From assembly GCF_041956535.1 (NCBI RefSeq), contig NW_027192219.1:299866-363865 (forward strand): 64,000 nucleotides of DNA, given 5' to 3'. The stretch is from Calcarisporiella thermophila CBS 279.70 (lineage: Eukaryota > Fungi > Calcarisporiellomycota). Both the position numbers and the translations under genes were made by a program. The notes beneath the pieces were generated by a model. That model was not told where the DNA came from. It saw only the letters and a list, made by a program, of their open reading frames with translations, and searched no databases. Positions 1 to 11,960 of the stretch are shown one piece after another (position 1 is the stretch's first letter; each line of letters starts with the position of its first letter).

Positions 1-399
1 CTATTCTGAAAAGGCTTATGTGATGGACAATGGTTCTCTTTTTAAGAAAAAGATAGATAGGAAAAGCCCGCGTTTATTGGCAACGCTAAAGACACTGCAC
101 CTATTAGTTTCGATAACGAGCTTCTCCTTATTAGCGCCTATTGAATACTCTAGGCAAGACATTGGTTATGAGAGGCCTGACCAAATGAATGGTAAAGAAT
201 TTTGTAGAAGAAAGGAAGGAGCGCTGAATAAATTAAGTGCTGGGTAACCAGGGTTGAAGCACAGCCGGTATCGCGATATATGAGATGATAAAGAGGTCTG
301 CTAGTACAAATTTTCTATTTGCTATGGAATAGATAGGAGACTCAATTCAAGGACTGAAGATAAAATAAAATATAGAAAATCCTTGCACAAAATAGCGCG

Positions 400-3300
400 T
401 TGCTGACATGTAATATATTGCCTCTTTGGTTTCTCAGGCTAACCAGCTGCTCTTCAACCGCATGGCATCCTGGTTGATTCGAGACTCTTTGACACTACCC
501 GGGCTTTAATGAGAATTTCATCCTGACGCGCACATGGTGCTGAAAACTGGGTCGTCGATCCGATTCTAAGTTTCCTTCATAAAGAACCATTTCTTTGACC
601 CTCTTGGAGAGTATGAAAAACACGCGTCTGCTGTGCTTAGAGCTTGCTCACTGGATTCCATCGATTTCGAAAAGGCAGTCACGTTCATTCTCCGTTTCAA
701 AGGTTTGTTTACATGTTGAAATTCGGGTATAAAAGTGACCAGATTTTTCACTTATTCTCCTTACTCTCTTCCTCTTCTCTACTTTTTCCTATCTCTTCTT
801 CCTCCATCTCTTTCTATCAACCCCATTATGTATTATTAACTACCCATCCGCGCTAATACTGAATTGAGTATGAGGTAAATAGGCCTGTTCGAATTTTCTA
901 TTTTTTTTTGGGGGGGTGGTTTATGATGAGATTTCAAGAGGACAACGTCTTCTTTCCCCGTCCTCGCCTTAACTTATCGACCATGGTGAAACAAACCACC
1001 GGCGCCCGATTTGTTTGGGTTGTCGGTTGTACTTGCCAGTATTTTTTTCTACTGATTCATCACCCTTTCAGCTCCCACTGCATTCATGTTGCGAATTCAA
1101 GGATGATTACTAATGTTTTATCCTTCATTAGATTGTACATTTCTGCCCTCATCTCGTCAGTACTATAGTATTAGTATACTATTAGGTAATTATCCACTTA
1201 TGCGCAGGGGGGTTTTGGAAAGGGGATTTAGGGGATGATGTTTATTCCTAATTCGCAGTTTCCACCAAAAGAGCTTGACGCTCTTGTGATGGTTAAAGCA
1301 CCTTCCTTGGATGTCTGATAAATCCTTTATCCTAAAACCCTCTGGTTTTCGCCATGGTTGAATCCGTTGACTAATGATTTTACGGTTTTAGGTTTTACGA
1401 TGTCCTGTTTACATCGAGGTTAACGAACTAAATATCAATAAAAAATAATTTAGTCTAAATCGTTCTTTCGAATTACCAAGAGTAAATGTTATTTGACCCC
1501 AATGAACTATCTCCTGCCAATGCTACAGTTAAAAAATTGGGTTCAAACATGAATAATTTTGTGATATCCTCAGAAGCTAGTGATGGCATGGTGTTTATTA
1601 ATGGATTCGCTCGGATGCGATTTCTACATTCTTGTTTCATGGTTGAAATGTATGGTTTAAAGGGCGCATCCCTTGATTTATGAATAATTTTGTATTTTAT
1701 TCAATTATCTTTGCCAAACTTTTAAGCTGTACTATGAGGCGGCAGGGTCAAAAACAAAACAAGCACCACCACCCTGTACAATTCAGAAAATAAACCAAGA
1801 TCAGCATGAATAAACTATTTAAGCCATAGACAGTCGATATAGAGTTAATAAAACAAAGAGTCTTTGGTAATTGGCCAAAGCTTCGCGGGTGAGCATACTA
1901 CTCTGGTATTGCTTGGTATAACACATAAGATCATCCAAGTTCGGAAAACTTAACTAATTTTCATCCTTTAAGGGCTGTTGCGATGAATCAGGGCTTTTTT
2001 TACTTCCTGATCATCTTTGGTGATTCTGCTAGAGTGGGTTTAGGTTTTAAGGGTAGTTCATAGAGAGAAATATTCTTTCCAGCACCTTCGAAGCCCATTT
2101 CCTCAGGATCAGATGCATGCCTATCCTTTGCACGACCTTGCTTATGCAAACCTGTTCTCGAAAAGGAACACTCTGTTACTTCACCCCTCCTTGCTTGCAT
2201 CGAAACGGACGGGAAAATCCGCCTACCTTTATTGGGCTTGGGTTTTGGAAGATTTGCCATAACCATAGGCATATTCATCGGGGATATGCCAATACCCATC
2301 CACGGATACACTTGGACGGGCATCCACATGGGTGGGGGCTGAATTTGAATAGCAGGTTGACTAGGTTCTGGCGCGGGTGCTGTAGTTGCGGCCACGGGTG
2401 GTGCTGAAGCGGGGAGTGAAGGCGCAGGAGGATTGGGAACAGCAGGAAGGGGGAGGAATGTCTGTTAGTTTCCGGTGGAGGCGCCAAAGCTAACACTTTT
2501 AACTACTGGACCAGATACAGGCCGCCCAATAGAGCTAGCTGATATAGGGAGGGGTTGGCAACCTTTGCCAAAGGGCTGCCACCGTGGGGTCATAATAATA
2601 GTGCTAGATTTACGCAGTTTCATCATGATAACGCAGGACAATAGGCCGAGTTTAAGCTCCTCCGTGAACATCCACGTGCAATGAAATAGATCCGAGATGG
2701 ACGCATCCACAGCATGTGCACAGCGCTTGGTTATGAGCGTGCAGGACGCGACGTCTCATAGCGGGGCGGGCATTGGCGAGACCAATTGCACCCAAGACCC
2801 GGAGATTCATGGGAGGGTTTGTTTGCTTGGGGTATCTTAATTTTCCTATAGATTGAGGTGGGTGATGATACAGGAGGAGCAGGCAGCATGGGTTGCCAGT
2901 TATTCTTGGCCCTGTTTTGATAATGAGCACGAAAAGTGCAATACAGAGGGCTGCGCTTTATCGGAGGGAACTGGGGTTAAGATAAAACAGCCTTTCACAC
3001 TCAGTCGATGCCCTCGCCGACTGCGGGTGCGGCGATTTCAAAAGCTCAATGCCAATAGTTTAGGAATGCAATTCGGATGGTAGGCTGGAGCATTCACGGC
3101 CAGTATGAGCTTCTGTATAAACTAGCTCTGCACTCGAATGCCGATGCATTTCAGTCTGAGCCTCAAGAATGAGTCGGGTGGGTCCAGCAATGCCGGGCCG
3201 AGAAAACAAACTAAGGCTAGAAGTCCCAAGCTGTCCCGAAGGCAAATAGAACGGGAATAAAAACGCGTTGAGTGCGGAGAATTGGCGCGCGCTTGTTGCT

Positions 3301-3421
3301 GTGTAACGGAGTCAAATTGGAAGGGGGACTCTCGGGATCGTGCAATTGTGGCAGGTGAGCGCGAGGTACTCTCGGGAGAGGAGGGCGACAATAAGGGGGA
3401 ATCAGGAAAGGCCAAAGACAT
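400..3421 (-). mobile_element. Highly degenerate Ty3/Gypsy LTR-retrotransposon relic (gag-pol fragments)
   Basis: Minus-strand fragments broken by stops and frameshifts occur in gag-to-pol order. They include a gag-like 'KRCAHAVD...HC..FTEELKLGLL...PFGKG' (2465-2720) that continues through a TAA into a Pro-rich ORF ending 'NISLYEL...SPKMIRK' (2000-2395), an RT-start-like 'IQPWRK...KLRIRNKHHPLN' (~1220-1360), an RT/RNaseH connector-like 'FIPEFQHVNKPL...EQALSTA' (566-751) and an RNaseH-like 'VLYEG....RRPSF' (~540-590). No LTRs or intact catalytic motifs were identified, and the boundaries are approximate. Confidence 0.45.
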
Positions 3422-4274
3422 TTTCAGAAAAGCGGAGGCCGGTGTTTGGGATTCCTAAGGGGAGAAACATTCCGGCCAAACTCGTCGCATAAGGAGCGGC
3501 TCTCCTTTTTGGACACACCGGATTGTCTTAATCAAATTCAGGCTTTCCTGTTCTTTTCTCGCCAGCCACAGGGAGAGCCGAGTCTTGTGCCCTTGGGCTG
3601 AGGACGAGCAGCGGCGGGCGGGACAGCGTGAGGCCGAGGTCCCCCCGTGGATGGCGGCGCCTTCCAGCTGCACGGCCGAAGAGCGATGCAGCTGCGCGGT
3701 GGACGCGGATGCCGCTTGGTGCGGGAGGCGCGCCTGGGCCTTGGGGAGGTGCGTGCAGAGCCGCGCGGGCAACCGCTAGTCCCGCGGAGGCTCTCAGACA
3801 CCGGCCAGTGGGCGGGGGAGGCGGGCCGGGGAGTTGGGCCCTCGCGCCTCATCCACTATGACTTTTAAATCGCTAAATTAAAAACTGCCCCTCGCCCCCC
3901 TTCGATTGATTTCTTCCTTATAAGGGCATGCAGATTCTGCCGGCTTGTCACCAGAGTGGTAGAGGGGACAAGCCGCGTTTTGCACACAAAAAAACTTTTT
4001 TTTCCAGCCAGGTTCTTTCGGAGAACCGTGCACCCGCTCCCTTCCCTCCCCCCTCGCTCTCTTTGTTTTCCTTTGCGGCTCGCCCCGTTGCGCTCTCATC
4101 GCACTCTCATCAGCATTTCATCTGCGCCTGCCATCGACCCAGCTGCTTGGCCTGTTCCGGCTCCTGTGCATCCCCGCATTCGCATTGACACGCATTCGTG
4201 GCCCCGTTCCCTCGTTGTTCCCATTCATTCTCCCCCATCCCGCCTCTGCATCCGCCAATTTCTATGTTCTCAGG

Positions 4275-6953
4275 CATCGCCCGGATGCTGGTTACGACAT
4301 AGGTGAATCATGAGAGGTGGGTTGATGCGGAGCTCGCATGCCTGAGCTTGGCCATAACTCTAACTCCCCATCTGCTCCATTTCGTTCTAGAACTAAGATA
4401 CATCACCCCCAACGCAGCCAATGCAATCATCTCGCAGGTCGGCGACTACCGCATCTCGTCGGATGCCCTCCGCGCTATAAACACGCTCCTAGATGAGCTC
4501 CTCTACTCGCTGCTTGTGACAACACGCTCGCTGGATCTCACGCGCATCAAGCAGGCCGTCACCCAGCTGCTCCCCAACAGCCTTGGAAAGAATGCCGTCG
4601 TGGAGGCCGAGCTAGAGATGAAGGACCACCTGGACAGCGGCGCTCCCGTCGACTACGCCGGGCTGGCCCGCACCCGAGACCTGCATCCCCACGCTTTCCC
4701 CCTCGACCAGACCTACTCCGTGCTGCGACGCAAATGCGCATTTCGAAGCGCGCTTGGCGACGGAAGGGAGCTGGAACTCCCCACGGCAACCCCCGTCGAC
4801 GGCGGCGGTGTCGTGACGAGCCTGCATGTGGTCTACGTTACGGCCATACTGGAGCATGTCGCCGACTATGTGTTGACGGCGGTGGCGCGCGTCGCGGATT
4901 TGTACGATGCCGACTTTGTGAGGGTGAAGGATGTGTACGCGGCCATGCTGGACGATCGAGAGATTGGGGGAATGTTCAAACGAACCAAGCTGAAGCTCTC
5001 CCTCGAGGTATGTAGTTCTAAGAGGCGCAGTCTCCGCCCGCTCACGGCTCCCCCCCCCCCCCTAACCTGGTATGCATGCTCTCTCCACGAACCTTGTAGA
5101 AGCGGCTGGGCTCCTCCCCCGACCAGGTCCGCTCCTCGCTCGAGCTTGCCCAGGAGCAATTGTCGATGGACCGGGTGATGGATCTCGTGGATTTCGTCGG
5201 CAACGGCAGCGGCAACGGCAACGGCTTCGGCAGCAAGCGCACCCCGCCCCACTCCCCCACCTCGGCCAACCAACTCTACCCCGACAAATCCCCCACCAAT
5301 CCCTCCTCCGTCACACCCCCCCGCAGCAAGCGCTCCCTCTCCGTCAGCTCGAATGGCTCGGCAGCAAGCGGGCAGCGATCGCTCCCCACCGTGGCCAGCC
5401 ACACCAATAATGCAAAGCTGAACCCGTTGCTGGGGAGGCCGAGCGTATCGAGCCAGACTAGCTTAGCCAGCTTCGGCTCCAACAACACGGCCGGATCCGG
5501 CCGTGGCGGAATCCTCGGGTTCCTCGCAAGAATACGCGTTAAAAAGGCAAGGCGAAGCGCTTCCTTGTCGTCCATCTACCCGGGCATCGATGCTCCAGAA
5601 CAGCAGCAACAGCAGCAGCAGCAGCAGCATCTTCAGCAGCAGTCCCTGCAGCAACAGCAGGAGGAGGAGGGAGAAAGACGGGTGCCGAATTTCGACGAGG
5701 TCCTTCAAAGCGGAGAGACGATGAAAGTCACCCTCACGCCCAATCGCCTGCGCTCCATCGTCCAGCGGCCCATCTCCCCTATGCCCTCCCTGGGCGCCAT
5801 GAAGGCTCCCACCGCCAAAATCACGCCCGCCGCGCCGGTGGGATCGGGCTCTTCGCCCGGCAGTCAACCGCGGTGGGCCAAACCGGGCTCCTCCTCCCCG
5901 GAGCATCCCCCGCTCACGGTGCCCTCTTCGGGGGAGCGCGATCTCCCCCCTATCCCGCAGCAGGGTGAACCCCATCGCCGCCAGTCGGTCCCGATTTTTG
6001 TCACTCCTGCGCCCGACCCGACCGACCGGCCATCCTATCGGCACCTCGGCCCGTCCTTGAACCGCCCTAGCGCCGAGGGAGCCATCCCCGCGGCGGCCTC
6101 CCCTTCCGAGATGCTCGACAAGAAAAAGCATGCGCCCCAACCGCGACGTTCGGGAGCCGACGAGACCCGCACGATGACCCGCTCATTAACCGATCCAACC
6201 TTGTTAACAAGTAGACCCTCGCTGAGGCGGCCTTCGAGCTTAGCTATACCCGACGACAAAGAGCTGGCGGAGGAAGAGGAAGTCGACGAAGCAGACAAAT
6301 CGCGGACAAGCGAGTCAATTCAGCGTCAGCGCGCACAGAAGGTAGCGGCATTAAGGGCGCTCTTCGAAAACGGTCAGGAGCGGAGCGTGAGCCCGCAGGC
6401 GAGTTCCGAGCGACTGACCGCAAGGGTGGAGGAGAAGGAAGCCCCAGAGCTCAAGGAAAACGCAGATGACAGCGGCATGGCCCGGGCTACGCCACCTGCG
6501 AAAGCGCCTGAAGAGGAAAAGGAGGTGGGGAAGGAGGAGACGGGGGTGGGGTTAAGGGAGGAGGAAGGAGAGACAAAGCCTCTGGCCCCCGACGCGATGG
6601 AAGCGAAGCCCACCCATGTTCAACAAAGGCAAGCACCCGAGCCTGCTGATACCAAGCCTGATGGTGCCTTCTCTGCCGACGAGTTGCATTCACTGATTGC
6701 TTGTCTACGTATTGCAGCATCAAGTGTTCTGGTCGGAAATAGCGATCGCGTTGCAGTAGAGAATGCGGTCGATGCGGCATTCAAAAGATTTGTAGGGCGG
6801 AGTAAGAAGGAGGAGGAGGAGGAAAAGGAAGATCATACAGGTAAGAGTGCTTGTGAAGCCGAACAAGGGGAAAAAGTATCGGAGCAGGAGACTCTGGTGG
6901 AGCCGCTAGATATGGGGGAGCGACAGGTGGTCGACTGGCTTCTCTGTTGTTGA
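4275..6953 (+). CDS. Histone-fold domain protein with long disordered C-terminus (multi-exon, true start unresolved)
   Basis: Introns at ~4302-4390 and ~5008-5099 (GT..CTAAC..AG) join ORFs 4303-5178 and 5160-6953. The N-terminal region 'YRISSDALRAINTLLDELL...YVTAILEHVADYVL...VRVKDVYAAMLDD' resembles tandem H2B/H2A-like histone folds. It is followed by polyQ, Pro/Ser-rich and acidic tracts and ends 'VVDWLLCC'. Confidence 0.7.
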
Positions 6954-8518
6954 TTTTGTTTACCATGCAATGTCGTTTAGCGTTCTTTTATATACATATC
7001 TATCTATCTATCTATAAATATGTGTTATTTGGAAATAATTTCTCCTCAACTTCTTGTTATTCCAGTTCTTATTTCTCTATCTATGTGAAAGTTTTTGTCT
7101 TCCTTGTTTCTTTTCGTCCCCCCCCCCCCCCCGATTCCTTGCGCTTTGTAGCAGTAGTTCCATGTTTTTAGTTCTAGTCTTAGTCCTTATCAATAATATG
7201 CACCTTTCGATCCTTACCCAATGCCAGTTGACATAAGAGGAAATTCGGACTAGCTAAAACCTTATTCGACTTAGGCTTTCCCATAGAACATTTTTAGGGG
7301 GAATTTCGTTTGACGGCACGAGGAATTGATTGCGTCGTTCTCATCGATTCTCTTCTCTTCGTTTCACTTCTCTTCATCATCTTGTTCTTTCTTTCCGATT
7401 TTTCTCCTGTCCATTTTGAGCGCATCCGTCTTTATTGCATATATTGAGGTAGGTATATGTGCGCTATATGCGCCCGCCCCCTTATTCCCCTTTTTATAGA
7501 GCTGTTTTATTAGATTGTTTTGTGGTGGTGCGGCTGTTTTTTCCAAGGCTACTATTATTAACTATCAGTGACTTAAAAAAAAAAAGAGAAAGACATGGTC
7601 CATGATTTCTAATCGCTCTTTTTTTTTTTATATTACTCTTTTATTCAGACTGTCGCACTCTTTCGCACCCGGGTGGTTTCTTGGCGAAGTCGCGCTTTTT
7701 CTTACAAGCCTGTCAGGAGCAACTCAAGAGAGAAACCTAGTTGGCTCTATACCTCCTAACAAAAAAAAACCCTTCAACCGCCTAGTGATTAAGGAAATCG
7801 AGAAGAATAGTACAGTAGAGGAGAAGAGGTGCGGAGGGGCTCCCTTAATATCGTTTAATATCCCCTTCTGTTTCTGTACTCTGGATCAATTCACCCTCAG
7901 GGGGAAGGAAGATTATCTTCCATTTCCCTATTGCTTTCTCACTTAACTCCTACACCTTGAGCTCGAGCTTTCGCTTCTCTCTACTTTAAGGTGAGTGGAC
8001 CTTTAGCTAGTGACGCGTCGTCTCTTCTCATCGGTCCTCATCTGGCTTCAATAGGCTCTGCTTCACCTTTACTCTCCTTTACTCAAACTCTATCTCCCTA
8101 ATCCTTCACTTATACCTCGCTAGTGTAGTTGGGCTTTCTTTTGCTTCTCTCTGTTATTTCTTTTGTATCATAGCATATCATTCCTTTTTGTTTTTTTTTG
8201 TTCCTCTTCTTCTACTCTTACTTGATCGATATTCTGTTGTTTTTTTTTTCTGTCTTATTCTTCCATTCCTTTCATCTTTCCTGTACTTTCCTTATGAAAT
8301 ATTGAAGCTTTTACTTTTATTCATTACCATTCTCTCATTTTTTTTTTCATACTCTCTTTTCTATATAACCTCCCTACCATTACTACGTCCATCGCCTCTA
8401 CTTATTTAATTTCATTTCATTCATTTGCCTTGATTTCTTTTGCTCTTCCCCCGCTACGTATTGATTCAACCCAACGCCACGTTGAGAACTCTCCCATCTG
8501 AATATTTTTCCTCTGGTG

Positions 8519-11360
8519 ATGATCGGTCTTCAGCAGCATCTGCAGTCCCCGTCGACGGAGCAAGCGCATCCGCCACAGGAAGAATGGCTGCCTTTTAATA
8601 TCGGCGTGGTGATCGAGGATCCCGCCTCGAAGTACGCGCTGCACTTGCTTGCTCCCCTTGGGCAAGGCTCGTATGCGATCGTGTACAAGGCACGCGACAC
8701 TATCAGTGGGCGCCTCTTCGCGCTCAAGTGTCTCTCCAAGGCAGCTCTCACCACCGAGCAGCTTCACATCCAGATGAATGAGGTATGGCCTGGACGGCGC
8801 TGTGTTCTATGAGTTGGTGGGGGGGGGGAGCCTAACTGGATGCTAACTTTTTTGCAGGTGCACATACACCGGTCGCTTCCCAAAAACCTACGTATTGTCA
8901 CCTTCCACGACTATTTCGAGACGGACGACTGGCTCTTTCTGCTGCTTGAGTACGTGAATGGGCGCGATCTGTACTGGTTCATCACCCAGTCCCACGACCA
9001 ATTTGACGATAGCGGGCGCCGTCTCTCGGAGCGTGAGCGCTACGAGCTTGCCGTCCACATCTTCGTTCAGTGTCTCGACACTGTCGGCACGATCCACGAG
9101 CGGCACATCGCCCACCGAGATCTAAAACCGGAGAACTTCTTGATTGACCGGCATCGGACGGTGTTGCTTACGGATTTCGGCCTGGCAACCAACGAGGCAC
9201 GATGCTACGACTTCGATTGCGGGAGTAAGCCCTACATGAGCTATGGTAAGAGCTAAACCCCTTTTTGCCAATTCACTACCCCAGCTCAATCGGTCGTGCT
9301 TGTAGAGTGCCGTAATGCGGACGCGGGCGACTCTTACGACCCCTTTCAGGCCGACATCTGGTCCCTCGGCATCATTCTCCTCAACCTGCTGTGGCACCGC
9401 TCGCCCTGGTCTGACCCCTGTCCCGACTCGTGCGCATCCTTTGCCGCTTTCCAGCAGGAGGGCGCGGAGTTCTTCCTGGACCGCTTTGACCGGATGCCGA
9501 TGCGCATGGCGAGGTTCCTCGCGAAGCGCGTTTTCTGCCCGGCTGGCGATCGCCGCATCAAGATCAAGGAGTGGAAGAAATGGTGTGGCATCCTTGTGGA
9601 TATGCTCGTAGACCCCGATGCAGACAACGTGATGGACGACGAGTGGACCGCGGAGCCGCCGGTCACGTCGGCCAAGAAGGCACGCTTCAGTCTGGGCCCC
9701 CTCACGCTGACACTTTCGGGGCGAGCCCGAAAACTCAGCGCCACCTCCAAGAAAGAGAAGAAGGAGGAGAAAAAGGCCCAGGCGCCCGCGCCACCCACCC
9801 CTCCAAAGTCCCCCGCCAACACCGCCGTATACCCTTCGGAAGCTGCAGCGAGATGCGCCCCCCCTTCGGCTTGGGAGCTGCTTCGCTCGTCTTGGTCCGA
9901 TGACATCGATAGCCCGATGGCGACGGGGATGATGGATTTTTCCAGCCCAGTGGCCTTCCACGATCAACCCGACGTCCCCAGCACCAGCGGGGACGAGGGC
10001 AGCGAGACCCATGCCCCTTACCAAGCGCAGCCCCAGTTGCCGCATACCCCATCCTCCTCCCTTCCCAACCCGTCCTCGATGGCCGCCATCGAGGAGGAGC
10101 ACAAGCTGGAGCCTGTGCGAAGCGACGCCGACAGCGGCTTCGCGACAGACGACGGGGAGCGCATTGAGGATCGGCGCGTGCCACGCCCCTACCAATCCAC
10201 CCCCTCCCTGCTTCTCTCGAAACATTTCAAAGCAACCCCCTCCCACCTCGTGCCCCCGCCCCCTCCTGTCCACAGCCAGCAATACCCGAGCCACCTCGTC
10301 TCCCCGACGAACCCTCGCCGCCAGCGGTCAGCATTGGGCCTGAGGTTTGGGCAGAAGCGCCTCCACGTGGTCACCGGGAAGCGCGCCATCCCCTATACGC
10401 AGCACCAAACGTGGCTTTCGCTCGAGGATGCTCACTCCGCGTCGCGCGGCACCTATGTGGTCGGCGTGGGGGCGTACGCCTATGGGAGGCGGCCATTCGC
10501 CCCTCCCCCTCCCTGGCGTAACTGGATCGACCGAACCAACCATCACCAGCAGCTGCACCACCACCACCACCAGCACAACCTCTACCACCAGCACCTCCAC
10601 GCGGGACATGGACCCTCTGCGAACGCCCCTCAGGACAGCAGGCCGACCCATGCTCAGCGGGCCCCGCAACAGGCGCAGAAGCCCGCCCCGCGCAATCGCC
10701 GCCGCTCCTCCACCGTCTCCTCCTCGGCCACCTCCTCCTCCATCACCATTTTCAACGGCCCAATGCTGGGGATGACGGTGCGCAGCAACAGCAGCTGCAG
10801 CACCGCCACCCAGCGCCCGCGACGCCGGAATTCCGCGCGCACCCCCGGGAAATCGTCCTTCTCTCCGCCTGCGAAGCAGCACGGATTTGGCGCGGAAAAG
10901 ATGGGGGTCACCCCCGAATATGCGCCCTCCGAGGATCAGATCGAGGCCATCCCCCCCCCTGCCCCAACTGTGCCTGGCGAGCCACCGGGAGCCGGGCCCT
11001 GGCGCCGGCGTAGAAGTGTGCTTGATCCCGCCGACGCCGACTTGCTCCGAATCAGCTGGAACTGAGCATTCGCCGCCGCCGCCGCCCCCGGAGTCGGAAG
11101 AGTGGGCCCAGTGCGATACGGGTGGGTCGGCACCGACCCCGGTGAAAGGCGTCGACACCATCCTTGAAAACGCCGAGCCCCCCTTGGACGACAGCGGCGA
11201 GAGTGCTGACGTGGCGCAGGGTGCCGGCGCCGAGGGAGGCGAGGATCGTAAGCCTCCCAGGGTGGGCAGGTCGACCATGCAACAGCTCGGAAGCCTGTTG
11301 CGCGGCATTGTCGGGTACAATCGTCAAATCAAAGTGGGAGGCCTCCAGAACGCAGCCTAG
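8519..11360 (+). CDS. Ser/Thr protein kinase, Ran1/Pat1-Ksp1-like; C-terminus probably interrupted by a frameshift at C9 (10951-10959)
   Basis: Kinase motifs are GQGSYAIV, ALK, HRDLKPEN, DFG, CGSKPYMSYEC and DIWSLG. Introns are 8783-8857 and 9246-9305. The reading frame stops at 11065, but a +1 frame continues to 11360 with a structured-looking terminus (QQLGSLLRGIVGYNRQIKVGG). Confidence 0.9.
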
Positions 11361-11960
11361 CGCGGATGATGACCTTGATGATGACGTTACTTGTTTTCGT
11401 CTCTCCCTCAGAGACATGCTCTTATTTTATTCTATATTATTCCCTCGCTGTTCTCTTTTTTTTTTTATTCTTCCTCGTCCTTTTATACTCGATAATCCTT
11501 TGTTTTTTTTGCATTTTTTTTTTTCCTCTCTTCTTTTCCCCTTTTCCCACCGAAAAGCGGAAAACAATATACAATTAAGAGGTGAAATAGCGTTTTTTTT
11601 TTCCTTACGATTTTTCCTCTTATTTTCTTGGACATTTTGTTTTTTTAACAATCTGTTTGATTCCTTCTTTGAAAATATATATTATATATTATATATATTA
11701 TAATTATTGCTATAAGAAAAAAAAAATGGGAAAAACAATAATAACAACAATAACAACAACAAAAATAGCGCCATGATGAAGCGAGCGATCTTTGTTGCCG
11801 ACTACAAAACAGAGTGCGTCGAGGAGAGGGGGGGGGGGAGGGGTCAGTCCCGCTGGCAGGGGTGATATTTCTTGATAGTGTATATAGAACAAAAGGCACC
11901 AACACAGCATAGACAGATTCATTGAGAAAAGCTGGGGTGAGTATGCCTAGGCTCCCATCC

